This document shows positions 20,539 to 29,121 of a stretch of 44,906 bases of DNA, one piece after another. Location: NCBI GenBank assembly GCA_030610765.1, contig JAUWRD010000003.1, positions 1 through 44,906 on the forward strand. The letters are read 5' to 3'. The notes beneath the pieces are model-generated. The model was not told the DNA's origin. It saw nothing but the letters and a program-made list of their open reading frames with translations, and searched no databases. Position 1 is the stretch's first letter; each line of letters begins with the position of its first letter. This stretch comes from Actinomycetes bacterium. GTDB taxonomy: Bacteria > Actinomycetota > Aquicultoria > CAJVYJ01 > JAUVQD01. A program made the position numbers and the translations under genes.

Positions 20539-23003
20539 CTTTTCGAAACCACAATATTTATCAACTTATCGGGAACAAATATCATCTTTTTTATTTCGCG
20601 ACCATCGAGATGCCGCTGGACATTCTCTGATTTCATGGCCATTTCGCTTAAGGCGTCTTCCGAAAGCCCTCGCCCGGTTGTAATTTTGTCTCTGACCTTT
20701 CCGTTTATCTGAACGATCAGTGTCACTTCTTCGGCAGTCGCCAAATCTTTACTGTGTTTCGGCCAAGCCTGACGATGGACGCTATACTTCTGGCCCATCT
20801 TAGCCCAGACCTCCTCCGCAAAGTGCGGTGCGAACGGAGCTGTCAATAAGCCCAGGTGCCTGCCAACATCATCTAGAAGGTCTTTATCCCACTTAGCCTC
20901 GCTAACCGTCTCTTTGTATTTATACGCGGCGTTAACCAACTCCATAATGGCGCTGATGGCTGTGTTGAAATTGAACCTACCAATATCGGTAGTCACTTTA
21001 TCGATCGTGTAATGGAGTGAGCGCCTGAGCGTTTTCTCTTCTTTTTCAGGTTCTCGCTTGCCGGCGCCTTTTTCGGGAAGTGAGTCGATGAATCGCCATA
21101 CTCGATTTAAGAATCGGAATATTCCCTCGACGCCCTCGTTGCTCCACTCAAGATCTCTTTCAGGCGGGGCCGCGAATAAAATGAACATTCTAGCAGTATC
21201 CGCGCCGTATTTTTTGATTATCTCATCGGGAGAGACCACGTTCCCCCTTGATTTAGACATCGCAGAGCCGCCTAGTTTTACCATTCCCTGAGTAAGAAGA
21301 TTAGAGAAGGGCTCACTGCAACTGAGGAGCCCGATGTCTTTCATAACTTTAGTAAAAAACCTCGCATACAGAAGATGCATGATAGCGTGCTCAATACCGC
21401 CAATATATTGGTCGACGGGCATCCAGTAATCGGCCGCTCCAAAGTTAACAGGCGCGTTAGTATCGTGAGGACTACAGTAACGCGCGTAATACCACGATGA
21501 GCAGGTAAAGGTATCCATCGTATCTGTTTCGCGCCTCGCCGGCCCGTCACACTTGGGGCATTTGGTGTCAACGAACTCCTTGTGGCTCGGAAGTGGGCCG
21601 CCTTCAGCGAGCAAATCTACATCATCGGGTAGCCTTACGGGAAGATCAGCTTCATTTACCGGCACCTGACCACATTTTTCACAATAAACTATAGGTATCG
21701 GATTCCCCCAATAACGCTGCCGCGATATCAACCAATCCTTAAGTCTGTAATTAACGGCCCGCTTGCCCTTGCCTTGGACTTCAAGCCAATCCATTACTTT
21801 GGCCGGGCCATCAATGCTCGGCACGCCGGTGAACTCAGCTGAATTGGTCATCAGGCCTTCGCCAGTATACGCTTCAGTCAGTTCCCTGCCCGCGATCTTC
21901 TCTGCCTCCGGTTGAATAACCACACGGATTGGTATGTCATATTTTCTGGCAAATTCAAAGTCTCGCTGATCATGGGCGGGGACGGCCATAACGGCACCTG
22001 TCCCGTATTCCATCAGCACATAGTCGGCCACCCAGATAGGGATCGACTCACCATTAACCGGATTGACGGCAAAAGCCCCGGTAAACGCGCCTTCCTTTTC
22101 CATCTCTCCCGACGCTCTTTCCACAATCGTTCTAGAGGCAACCTTTTGTTGTACGGCTGCGACATCTTTTTCGTAATCTGTCCCGGCAACTAGCTTGTCC
22201 ACCAACGGATGCTCCGGCGCTAAAAGAAAAAACGTGGCTCCAAAAAGCGTGTCCGGTCTTGTCGTGAAGACGGTAATGGGCTCCCCGCCCGGCTCCAAAT
22301 GAAATGTAACTTCAGCGCCGTGGCTCTTCCCTATCCAATTGCGCTGCATCACCTTCACTCGTTCCGGCCATCCATCCAACGTCTCCAGATCATCCAAAAG
22401 CCTGTCGGCATAATCAGTTATCTTAAAAAACCATTGCGCGAGCTGGCGTTGTTCAACAACTGTGTCACAACGCCAACAGTTTCCTTCACCGTGAACTTGT
22501 TCATTGGCGAGAACTGTTTGACAAGAGGGACACCAGTTTACATTTGATTTGGATTTATAGACCAGACCCTTCTCGTAGAATTTCAAGAAGAGCCATTGAC
22601 CCCAGTGATAGTAATCAGGGTCACAGGTAACAACGGTTCTGTCCCAATCGTAGCTTAGCCCCAGTTGACGCATCTGCTCTTCCTGGCGCTTAATATTTTT
22701 GTATGTCCATTCTTTCGGGTGAACATTATTCCTTATGGCCGCGTTCTCAGCCGGCAGGCCGAAAGCGTCCCAGCCAATCGGATGTAGAACATTGAAGCCA
22801 TTCATGCTGTAGTGGCGGGCGACTACATCCCCTATCGCATAGTTGCGAACATGGCCCATGTGAAGATCGCCGGAAGGATATGGAAACATCTCCAGCACAT
22901 ACTTTTTTTCCATCGAAGAATTTTCCGAGACGCTGTATAGCTTGTCGGCGTCCCATTTCTTCTGCCATTTCTTTTCAATTGCTTGCGGTTTGTATGAAGA
23001 CAT
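20535..23003 (-). CDS. leuS: leucine--tRNA ligase
   Basis: [13 protein letters not shown] (HIGH), FTTRPDT editing domain, [13 protein letters not shown] (KMSKS variant). Confidence 0.99.
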   Translation of the reverse strand: MSSYKPQAIEKKWQKKWDADKLYSVSENSSMEKKYVLEMFPYPSGDLHMGHVRNYAIGDVVARHYSMNGFNVLHPIGWDAFGLPAENAAIRNNVHPKEWTYKNIKRQEEQMRQLGLSYDWDRTVVTCDPDYYHWGQWLFLKFYEKGLVYKSKSNVNWCPSCQTVLANEQVHGEGNCWRCDTVVEQRQLAQWFFKITDYADRLLDDLETLDGWPERVKVMQRNWIGKSHGAEVTFHLEPGGEPITVFTTRPDTLFGATFFLLAPEHPLVDKLVAGTDYEKDVAAVQQKVASRTIVERASGEMEKEGAFTGAFAVNPVNGESIPIWVADYVLMEYGTGAVMAVPAHDQRDFEFARKYDIPIRVVIQPEAEKIAGRELTEAYTGEGLMTNSAEFTGVPSIDGPAKVMDWLEVQGKGKRAVNYRLKDWLISRQRYWGNPIPIVYCEKCGQVPVNEADLPVRLPDDVDLLAEGGPLPSHKEFVDTKCPKCDGPARRETDTMDTFTCSSWYYARYCSPHDTNAPVNFGAADYWMPVDQYIGGIEHAIMHLLYARFFTKVMKDIGLLSCSEPFSNLLTQGMVKLGGSAMSKSRGNVVSPDEIIKKYGADTARMFILFAAPPERDLEWSNEGVEGIFRFLNRVWRFIDSLPEKGAGKREPEKEEKTLRRSLHYTIDKVTTDIGRFNFNTAISAIMELVNAAYKYKETVSEAKWDKDLLDDVGRHLGLLTAPFAPHFAEEVWAKMGQKYSVHRQAWPKHSKDLATAEEVTLIVQINGKVRDKITTGRGLSEDALSEMAMKSENVQRHLDGREIKKMIFVPDKLINIVVSKS

Positions 23004-23132
23004 CTTGCGCCTTTGCTCGTCAACGTCTAGCGATGAGTTTAACTAATAAACGCGAGCGCGTAAATTTCAATTTTGCGAGGATCGATTCATTACACCAAGG
23101 TTTCTGTAAAATGAGACATCTTTTCGTTGCCG

Positions 23133-24236
23133 TTAGCCCGAATGCTGATTAAGCTTTTTTCGCTTTAGTAGCACAAGCGCAATGATGAAAGCTATTAGCA
23201 GGACCCCGCTTGCAACGACCGGGTTAAAAGTACTCTTGGGCGATTTGCCATGCGTCATCTTGCCAGCGCCTTTCACTTTCTTGATAAAAGCCGCCTTAGC
23301 GCCTGCGCTCAAACTTAAGTCTTGATGCGCCGAGACAACAACAAAGAGACGGTTATTTTCCTCACATGTGACCACGAAAGCCTGAACCAGATCAGGGTCA
23401 AGCGATCCGCCAATCATCCGTTGCACCAGTTTGAGCTCAGACTGCTCATCAGGCTCGTCTGGCCAAGGCCTAAACGCAATTTTTGGTTGAAATGGTTTAG
23501 TTTGTCCAAATAGATCATCGCGAATTGCGGTCACTTGCTCCGTAGTCATCCGTAAGCGAGTCACGTCAAAAAGAGTACGAAGGTCGCCGCTCGCGATCGA
23601 GTAAAGGTACTCATCAGCAGCAATCTCAGAAGTCGGGACCCCTACATCAGCTAGAGGCCTTTCTGAGACGACCGACAAACGGTAAACGATTGGATTGTCG
23701 CTCAAGCTCATTATCTTGAAATAGAGAGTCTTATCTTTGCGTCCCTTCATGCCGTAATGAGGCAATATGTGGACATCTTCTACAAGAGTAGCTCCAGGTC
23801 CGGGCGGGTCAGATTCCGACAACATAGCAGGTTCGCCTTGATCAAAATCTTCAAAACGAATTGGCCCCGTCGCTCCGATCCTTATATAACCAGCGCCATC
23901 TGAGTATTTAACTTGATACCAGTCTTCGTCACTACGTGTGCCAAGAGTATGATCCTGAGGTATCGAATCCATCTGTATTAAAAGAGCTTCGGAACGATTG
24001 TTGTCGGGCTCATAGGCATCTTCGCCTGCAGCTGCTAGATTGGCCGGCGTGACGCTAGTATCCGATTCGCGGATATCACCTTCGCCGTTGTACATAATTG
24101 GTGCCGCCAAGGCTTGCTTAGTGTTTATGTGACCAAGTAACCCAATCAATAAAATATAAAGTAGACCGAGCATCGCGATAGATGGCTTGTGGCAGATCGT
24201 CGAGCTTGAGTGTCGCAAATGATGATTATTGGACAT
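23133..24236 (-). CDS. hypothetical secreted, C-terminally membrane-anchored protein with PPC-like domain
   Basis: N-terminal hydrophobic stretch ending ALA-A; DAYEPDN...QDHTL...DEDWY motif; C-terminal TM followed by KRKK. Confidence 0.75.
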   Translation of the reverse strand: MSNNHHLRHSSSTICHKPSIAMLGLLYILLIGLLGHINTKQALAAPIMYNGEGDIRESDTSVTPANLAAAGEDAYEPDNNRSEALLIQMDSIPQDHTLGTRSDEDWYQVKYSDGAGYIRIGATGPIRFEDFDQGEPAMLSESDPPGPGATLVEDVHILPHYGMKGRKDKTLYFKIMSLSDNPIVYRLSVVSERPLADVGVPTSEIAADEYLYSIASGDLRTLFDVTRLRMTTEQVTAIRDDLFGQTKPFQPKIAFRPWPDEPDEQSELKLVQRMIGGSLDPDLVQAFVVTCEENNRLFVVVSAHQDLSLSAGAKAAFIKKVKGAGKMTHGKSPKSTFNPVVASGVLLIAFIIALVLLKRKKLNQHSG

Positions 24237-24242
24237 ATTTAG

Positions 24243-24271
24243 ATTTTAACGGTTTTCTTCTTAGGCGCCAA
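24243..24271 (-). promoter_or_regulatory. promoter likely giving a leaderless mRNA
   Basis: TTGGCG-17nt-TAAAAT, then 6 nt to the ATG at 24236; no SD. Confidence 0.5.
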
Positions 24272-24412
24272 TATCCGTGGTTCGACTGTCTTTGTCGTGA
24301 ACATCACGCCAGATTGTAATTTGAAACAGCGGTTGCAATTTCATAGTTCGTACTTCAGCTCATTTGATAAAAGAGTTCCCGGGTCGCGAGAGCTGCAGAT
24401 TGACGCAGCATG

Positions 24413-24439
24413 CTGGGTTCCTGCCTTCGCAGGAATGAC
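24413..24439. repeat. REP-like palindromic repeat unit
   Basis: Minus strand GTCATTCCTGCGAAGGCAGGAACCCAG with TTCCTGC/GCAGGAA stem; resembles the widespread GTCATTCCCGCG-type extragenic palindrome; single copy in this window. Confidence 0.7.
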
Positions 24440-24453
24440 ATACTTTTTCTGCG

Positions 24454-26109
24454 CTATTTCGCTTCATCCCCTATGGCGGCCCACTTTTTGCGCTTGGAAT
24501 CATAGAGAAAGGTTTTATCTTTCAGCAGTGGGTATTCTGTGCCAAAGTAATGGTTAAAAACCAACCTGAACGAATTAACCGGTGAAACAGATTTATACAA
24601 CTTCGACTTGTCAAAACCAGGCAAATAATATGCGTTCAATATGCTCAGGTGCAATTTAAGGTCATCGCCGCTCCTTTCGGACCAGAGCGATCGGTTTTTC
24701 TTGTTCCCTTCTTTCTGGAACCGCCGCGTCGGCGTATAGCCTTCATCAGCTTGAACAATGATGACCGGCGGTCTTTCCGAATTGGCGATTATCTCTTCAA
24801 TAAGCTTCCGGATTTTCTTATTGGCAAACTTTATGTAATTTACATAGTTCTCTTCTTCTCTGATTTTTCCGCCTTCCGAGGGGCTAAGCGGTTCGCCAAA
24901 CTCATTAAAAAGATATGGTTCATGAGGAATGAGCATATGGGCAAAGACAAATTTAGGCTTCCCATCTTGCGGAATTTTTCCAAGCTCATCGAACTTTTCT
25001 AAAAGCGCAGTCCTCAGTCCAGAATATTTATCTGCTTTAGGTTTTGGTTTGTTTTCAGCTACTTTAGGTTTTCGTTGATATTTATCTGCCTTAGCCTCTG
25101 GCTCGTAGTCCGATGCTGCAGCAAAGACCGTGGTCTTCAGCAGCAACAAAGTAAATGAAGTCTGCGGAGTACCCACCAAAAGATTGTCCGCTAAATACCT
25201 GCTTGCCGGACGAGATCGCGACAAAGCAGTATCGTAGGGGAAATTATAGTCAGCGAACCGATTCTCCTTTATTCTCGCCCACCATGAACCAAAATGATAG
25301 AAAGAATAGCCCCGAGACTTTAAGAAGCGCCAGACTCGATAGTCAGACAACATCTCATAGAAAACGGTATTAGAATTCTTGCCTTTGTGATACAGAAAAG
25401 ATAAAGACGACGAAATCGATTGCTGTGATGTTGTGTAGTTGGATCGACTATCCGAAGCTACATAAAAACCTGTATTTTCCAGGTAGTTCATGAACTCGCT
25501 GTTATCAAAATCCATGAAATCCGCCAACGCGGGTGTGCCTGAATAGCGGTCAAAAATCAAGTAGTAGATATCTGGCTTGCGACCCGGTTGACCCGAATCG
25601 CTGCTAGTATCCAAATCGCCCGTCTCAGGTGAAACCATATTGCTGACCTGAGATTTTACCAGGTGTTGATTCAAGTCAGCATATCCTATCTGCACAAGTA
25701 CTAGCACTAGCCAGCTTGCGGCAAACGCATTTATTGCTCTGCTGAAATCACTGAGTTTTCTGTCCGTCTTCTTCAGCCACCTCAAGCTTAGCAGCAGAAT
25801 CGCAGCAAAAAATAGTAGGTATCCATTTCTCCCGACAATGACTCCCAAAAGCTTGGCTTCTGAGATCTGTGTGTAAGCACGCCCATAAGAAAAGAATAGA
25901 AGAACGATCAGCGATGCCATCAAGCCTGCCTTGATCTGGCTTTTTAGAACAAGCTTGAGCCCAAAATAGATAATGATCGTTGCGGCAACGGAGACTATCG
26001 ACGGAACTATCGTCTCCCTGAAAGAGATTTCTTCGATGTTCGCGTACAAAAGTGAGAATATTGGAGCTAGCGCGAGCAAAAAAGGATGGAAGATAATATG
26101 CTTTTTCAT
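24454..26109 (-). CDS. membrane protein with sulfatase-like/alkaline phosphatase superfamily domain (LtaS/EptA-like architecture)
   Basis: About five N-terminal TM segments, then PDIYYLIFDRY, SRSNYTTS, FAHMLIPHEPY, IIVQADEG. Likely start MKKH at 26109. Confidence 0.8.
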   Translation of the reverse strand: MKKHIIFHPFLLALAPIFSLLYANIEEISFRETIVPSIVSVAATIIIYFGLKLVLKSQIKAGLMASLIVLLFFSYGRAYTQISEAKLLGVIVGRNGYLLFFAAILLLSLRWLKKTDRKLSDFSRAINAFAASWLVLVLVQIGYADLNQHLVKSQVSNMVSPETGDLDTSSDSGQPGRKPDIYYLIFDRYSGTPALADFMDFDNSEFMNYLENTGFYVASDSRSNYTTSQQSISSSLSFLYHKGKNSNTVFYEMLSDYRVWRFLKSRGYSFYHFGSWWARIKENRFADYNFPYDTALSRSRPASRYLADNLLVGTPQTSFTLLLLKTTVFAAASDYEPEAKADKYQRKPKVAENKPKPKADKYSGLRTALLEKFDELGKIPQDGKPKFVFAHMLIPHEPYLFNEFGEPLSPSEGGKIREEENYVNYIKFANKKIRKLIEEIIANSERPPVIIVQADEGYTPTRRFQKEGNKKNRSLWSERSGDDLKLHLSILNAYYLPGFDKSKLYKSVSPVNSFRLVFNHYFGTEYPLLKDKTFLYDSKRKKWAAIGDEAK

Positions 26110-26169
26110 GCGCCCGCCCTGCCACTCGGGTTTTGTATGCAAGGAGCGTGAGTGTTTGATCGCAAAGAC

Positions 26170-26294
26170 CAGAGGACATCTGAGCTAGTAGATGCAAGGA
26201 GCGTGAGAGAACTCGAGGGGAGTGTGCATTTCGGTACACGACCCGATGAGTTCACGACCAGCGACACAGCAGATGCCGCATCAGATGTCCTCTG
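26170..26294. repeat. MITE-like structured element with 14-bp terminal inverted repeats
   Basis: CAGAGGACATCTGA (26170-26183) and its reverse complement (26281-26294); long internal hairpin 26202-26256; 16-bp ATGCAAGGAGCGTGAG at 26192-26207 repeated at 26137-26152. Confidence 0.7.
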
Positions 26295-26367
<73 letters not shown>

Positions 26368-26433
26368 TCAAAAAAAGACCACACTAGATTTTACCTGGTC
26401 ATAATGGTCGCTGTCCCTAATATGGAAAACATA

Positions 26434-26462
26434 ATTATATGCAGGCCTTATGTGACCGTCAA
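26434..26462 (-). promoter_or_regulatory. strong sigma70-type promoter of tRNA-Ala
   Basis: TTGACG-17nt-TATAAT with AT-rich upstream region. Confidence 0.8.
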
Positions 26463-26495
26463 TCTACTACTTCTAAAAATATTAAATATTTCTGT

Positions 26496-26885
26496 TCAAT
26501 CGCCAGCTGACGTCTCTTCTTTTTGATTGTCGTACTTTACTACTGGCGTGTCTTTCCAGAGTCTTTCCAGATCATAGTATTCACGCATTTCCTGAGTAAA
26601 AATATGGATCACTAAATCACTGTAGTCCAGTAATATCCATTCGCCTTGATCGACGCCGGCAACCCTGAAAGGCCGTTCGTCGTTTTCTTTTAATTTCTTT
26701 TGAATTTCTTCCGCTATAGTCTTTGTCTGACGTGTTGAGGTACCACTGCAGATTAGAAAGAAGTCAGTGATATTCGATTGTTTCGCAATATCAAGAATTA
26801 ATATATCGTGCGCGCTCTTGTCGTCGGCTGCGTCGGCTGCGATCTTTACAATCGCGTCTCTATCAGTCCTTGCAACTTCGCTCAA
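26496..26885 (-). CDS. rsfS: ribosome silencing factor
   Basis: ADDKSAHDI, TDFFLICSGTSTRQ, WILLDYSDLVIHIF, REYYDLERLW. Confidence 0.98.
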   Translation of the reverse strand: MSEVARTDRDAIVKIAADAADDKSAHDILILDIAKQSNITDFFLICSGTSTRQTKTIAEEIQKKLKENDERPFRVAGVDQGEWILLDYSDLVIHIFTQEMREYYDLERLWKDTPVVKYDNQKEETSAGD

Positions 26886-27865
26886 TTAAAATCCTCGCCA
26901 ACTACAATTACGATATCAGTTACATCTTGCGCCATATTTTTCTTGAGCAGGACACCTGTCTCAAGCGCCTTAGCAACTTTGCGCCCACTTTCTTTAGCGA
27001 ACGGTGAGTAGAGCAATATTTCGGTCTTCGCATAGTCGAAACGGTCGGCATTCTTTATATCAAGAATTTTGTAACCATCTCCGACCAGACGATCAGCAGC
27101 CTTACGGGCAATGCCGGGTGTGCCGTTTCCGTTTAAGATAATGATCCGGAGAGGCGCTTCTTTTTTCTTCGGCGCCTGCCCCCATATTGCCAAGATGGTT
27201 TTATCGAGGTCCTTCTTGTTCGGTTCATAATACGTTTGCTCGCCAATGACAATCGTTTTGATCGGCAATGAAAGAAACTGTATACGCTCTTTTGGAATAT
27301 TTCCTAGTTTTTCCGCCAGAGCCGAGGTCTCCCTTGCGCTAATGTTCGAATCAGTATTTTGAGTCAAGGCTTCATCCAGCTTCTTCTCGTCTTTCAGTGT
27401 TTCAATTTGTTCACCCGAAATAACGACATATCCCTCAGACTTGTATCCCGTCATGCCTGAGATCGCCGCATCTATTTTCTCAGGCCCTTCGTCAAAACCA
27501 TCGGAAATCGATTCGTACCCGCGCGCGGGAATAGCAACATAAGTATCTGGATCAATGATCATTCCATTAATGCGATTACCGGCCGGATCAAAAACTACAA
27601 CCAAAACTTCTGTTACAAGATCTTTCTCCGCGCCTTCGTCGACTCCTATGATCAAGAAAGTTCTTTGGTCAACGACAGACTTTTCCTCAACCTCTTTTTC
27701 GCTCGCTTTCTCGATCTTAACCGTGGCAGCTTTCTTCGGCGTGCTCGTTGGTCTGAGAGATAGCCCAAACCAAACAAGCCCTACCCCGATAATCACTACT
27801 AATAGAAATCGCCCGAGCGCAGCCCTGTTGCTGCGCCGTCCTCTTCTAAGATCTCTTCTTTTCAT
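26882..27865 (-). CDS. degenerate LCP-family protein with LytR C-terminal domain
   Basis: Basic N-terminus plus one TM; FLIIGVD...DTYVAIP LCP-like segment; IILNGNGTPGIA...NAD...DIVIVVGED LytR_C. Confidence 0.85.
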   Translation of the reverse strand: MKRRDLRRGRRSNRAALGRFLLVVIIGVGLVWFGLSLRPTSTPKKAATVKIEKASEKEVEEKSVVDQRTFLIIGVDEGAEKDLVTEVLVVVFDPAGNRINGMIIDPDTYVAIPARGYESISDGFDEGPEKIDAAISGMTGYKSEGYVVISGEQIETLKDEKKLDEALTQNTDSNISARETSALAEKLGNIPKERIQFLSLPIKTIVIGEQTYYEPNKKDLDKTILAIWGQAPKKKEAPLRIIILNGNGTPGIARKAADRLVGDGYKILDIKNADRFDYAKTEILLYSPFAKESGRKVAKALETGVLLKKNMAQDVTDIVIVVGEDFN

Positions 27866-28437
27866 TTCTTACCAACCTCTTTTGCCACAGAATTCCACAC
27901 GCTTATCGCTTTTGGATGGACAACCTTGCCCTGATTAATCAATCTAACCAGTTGCATTTGAAAGGCCACGGCGAACGCCTTATCGAGGTTCTCTTCCGCC
28001 AGCTCTCGTATCGTTTCTATTCCATTAAAATCTCTTTTTGGCTCAATCATATCCGCCAGAAATACTATCTTATCAAGTTTACTCATATTAGTCTGGCCGA
28101 ATGTATGATTTTTCACCGCGCTCAATATTGACTCATCTACAATTTCGTAGTCCTCAGCTGCCATTCTAGCGCCAACAGCAGCGTGTACCAAGTAAGGTTT
28201 TTCCTCTTCAATCGCGCTTATTTCGATCCTGTATTCTTTGGCCCGCTTCAGCAGCTCCTCGTCGGTCAGATCTCTGGCCGCATCATGCACAAGCCCCGCT
28301 GTCAGCGCTTTTTCCTCGTCAGCTGAATGCGTCTTTGCCAACTTGACAGCTGTCGCGGCTGTTCTTTCTGAGTGTTCAAAGCTAATCGCTGATAATGCCT
28401 GCGCCAACCTGCTTCTTAAATCCAAGCTCTCTACCAT
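27862..28437 (-). CDS. yqeK: YqeK HD-domain Ap4A hydrolase
   Basis: FEHS, AGLVHDAAR, VHAAVGA, NHTFG, LDKIVFLADMIEPKR; follows nadD. Confidence 0.94.
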   Translation of the reverse strand: MVESLDLRSRLAQALSAISFEHSERTAATAVKLAKTHSADEEKALTAGLVHDAARDLTDEELLKRAKEYRIEISAIEEEKPYLVHAAVGARMAAEDYEIVDESILSAVKNHTFGQTNMSKLDKIVFLADMIEPKRDFNGIETIRELAEENLDKAFAVAFQMQLVRLINQGKVVHPKAISVWNSVAKEVGKK

Positions 28438-29055
28438 TTAACTATATAATCCATTTCTTTTTACGTATTCAATCACTGAGTCAGGCAGTAAATATCTGAC
28501 TGACAAACCCTCTTTTATTCTCCGCCTTAAATCAGTCGAGGAGATCGTCAAGGCCGGAATCTCCAAAATATTGACATTTGGAATTCCCGGCTTTTCCTCA
28601 CGGATCTCCTGGAACCTCTTCAATTCATAGCCCGGCCGGGTAACGGCTATAAATTGGGCGTATCCAGATAAGCGCTCTGGATCCTTCCAGCTCAAAATCT
28701 CTAAGACCGCGTCGGCTCCGGCAATAAAAAATAACTCTGAGTTTTCGTCATGTTCTTTCCGTATCGCCTTAAGAGTATCTATCGTATAGCTTGGTTGCTG
28801 TCGCTCGATTTCCAAGCGGGATACCGCAAAGTTATGGTTTTCGGCAGTGGCGAGCAATGTCATCTGATATCGCCCCTCCTTCGTCGCAAAACCAGGTTTC
28901 TCAGTCGGCGATTTTCCGGTGGGCATGAATATAACTGTGTCTAATTCAAACTGTACTCTGGCTGATTCCGCTGTCACCAGATGGCCGTAATGAATCGGGT
29001 CAAACGAGCCGCCAAGCACTCCGATACGAGTTATTTTCTCCGCTGCTGCCTCCAA
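28438..29055 (-). CDS. nadD: nicotinate-nucleotide adenylyltransferase
   Basis: GGSFDPIHYGHL, SYTIDTL, FIAGAD, ISSTDLR. Confidence 0.98.
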   Translation of the reverse strand: MEAAAEKITRIGVLGGSFDPIHYGHLVTAESARVQFELDTVIFMPTGKSPTEKPGFATKEGRYQMTLLATAENHNFAVSRLEIERQQPSYTIDTLKAIRKEHDENSELFFIAGADAVLEILSWKDPERLSGYAQFIAVTRPGYELKRFQEIREEKPGIPNVNILEIPALTISSTDLRRRIKEGLSVRYLLPDSVIEYVKRNGLYS

Positions 29056-29121
29056 ATATCTAAAGATTTACTTATGCATTATAGCGCATAAGCTTGAGGT
29101 TTGAGTAAAAGAGCGCAATCC

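Noticed and set aside
23004-23132. T-box leader for leuS
   Set aside because: Too short, with no GGTGGNACCGCG T-box or terminator.
24274-24286. TCCGTGGTTCGAC, a 12/13 match to the tRNA-Ala T-arm, as an attachment site
   Set aside because: It is inverted relative to the tRNA, short and excludes the acceptor end; plausibly chance.
26137-26207. 16-bp direct repeat with a 39-nt spacer as a mini CRISPR array
   Set aside because: Only two short copies, no cas genes; better explained as part of the MITE-like element.
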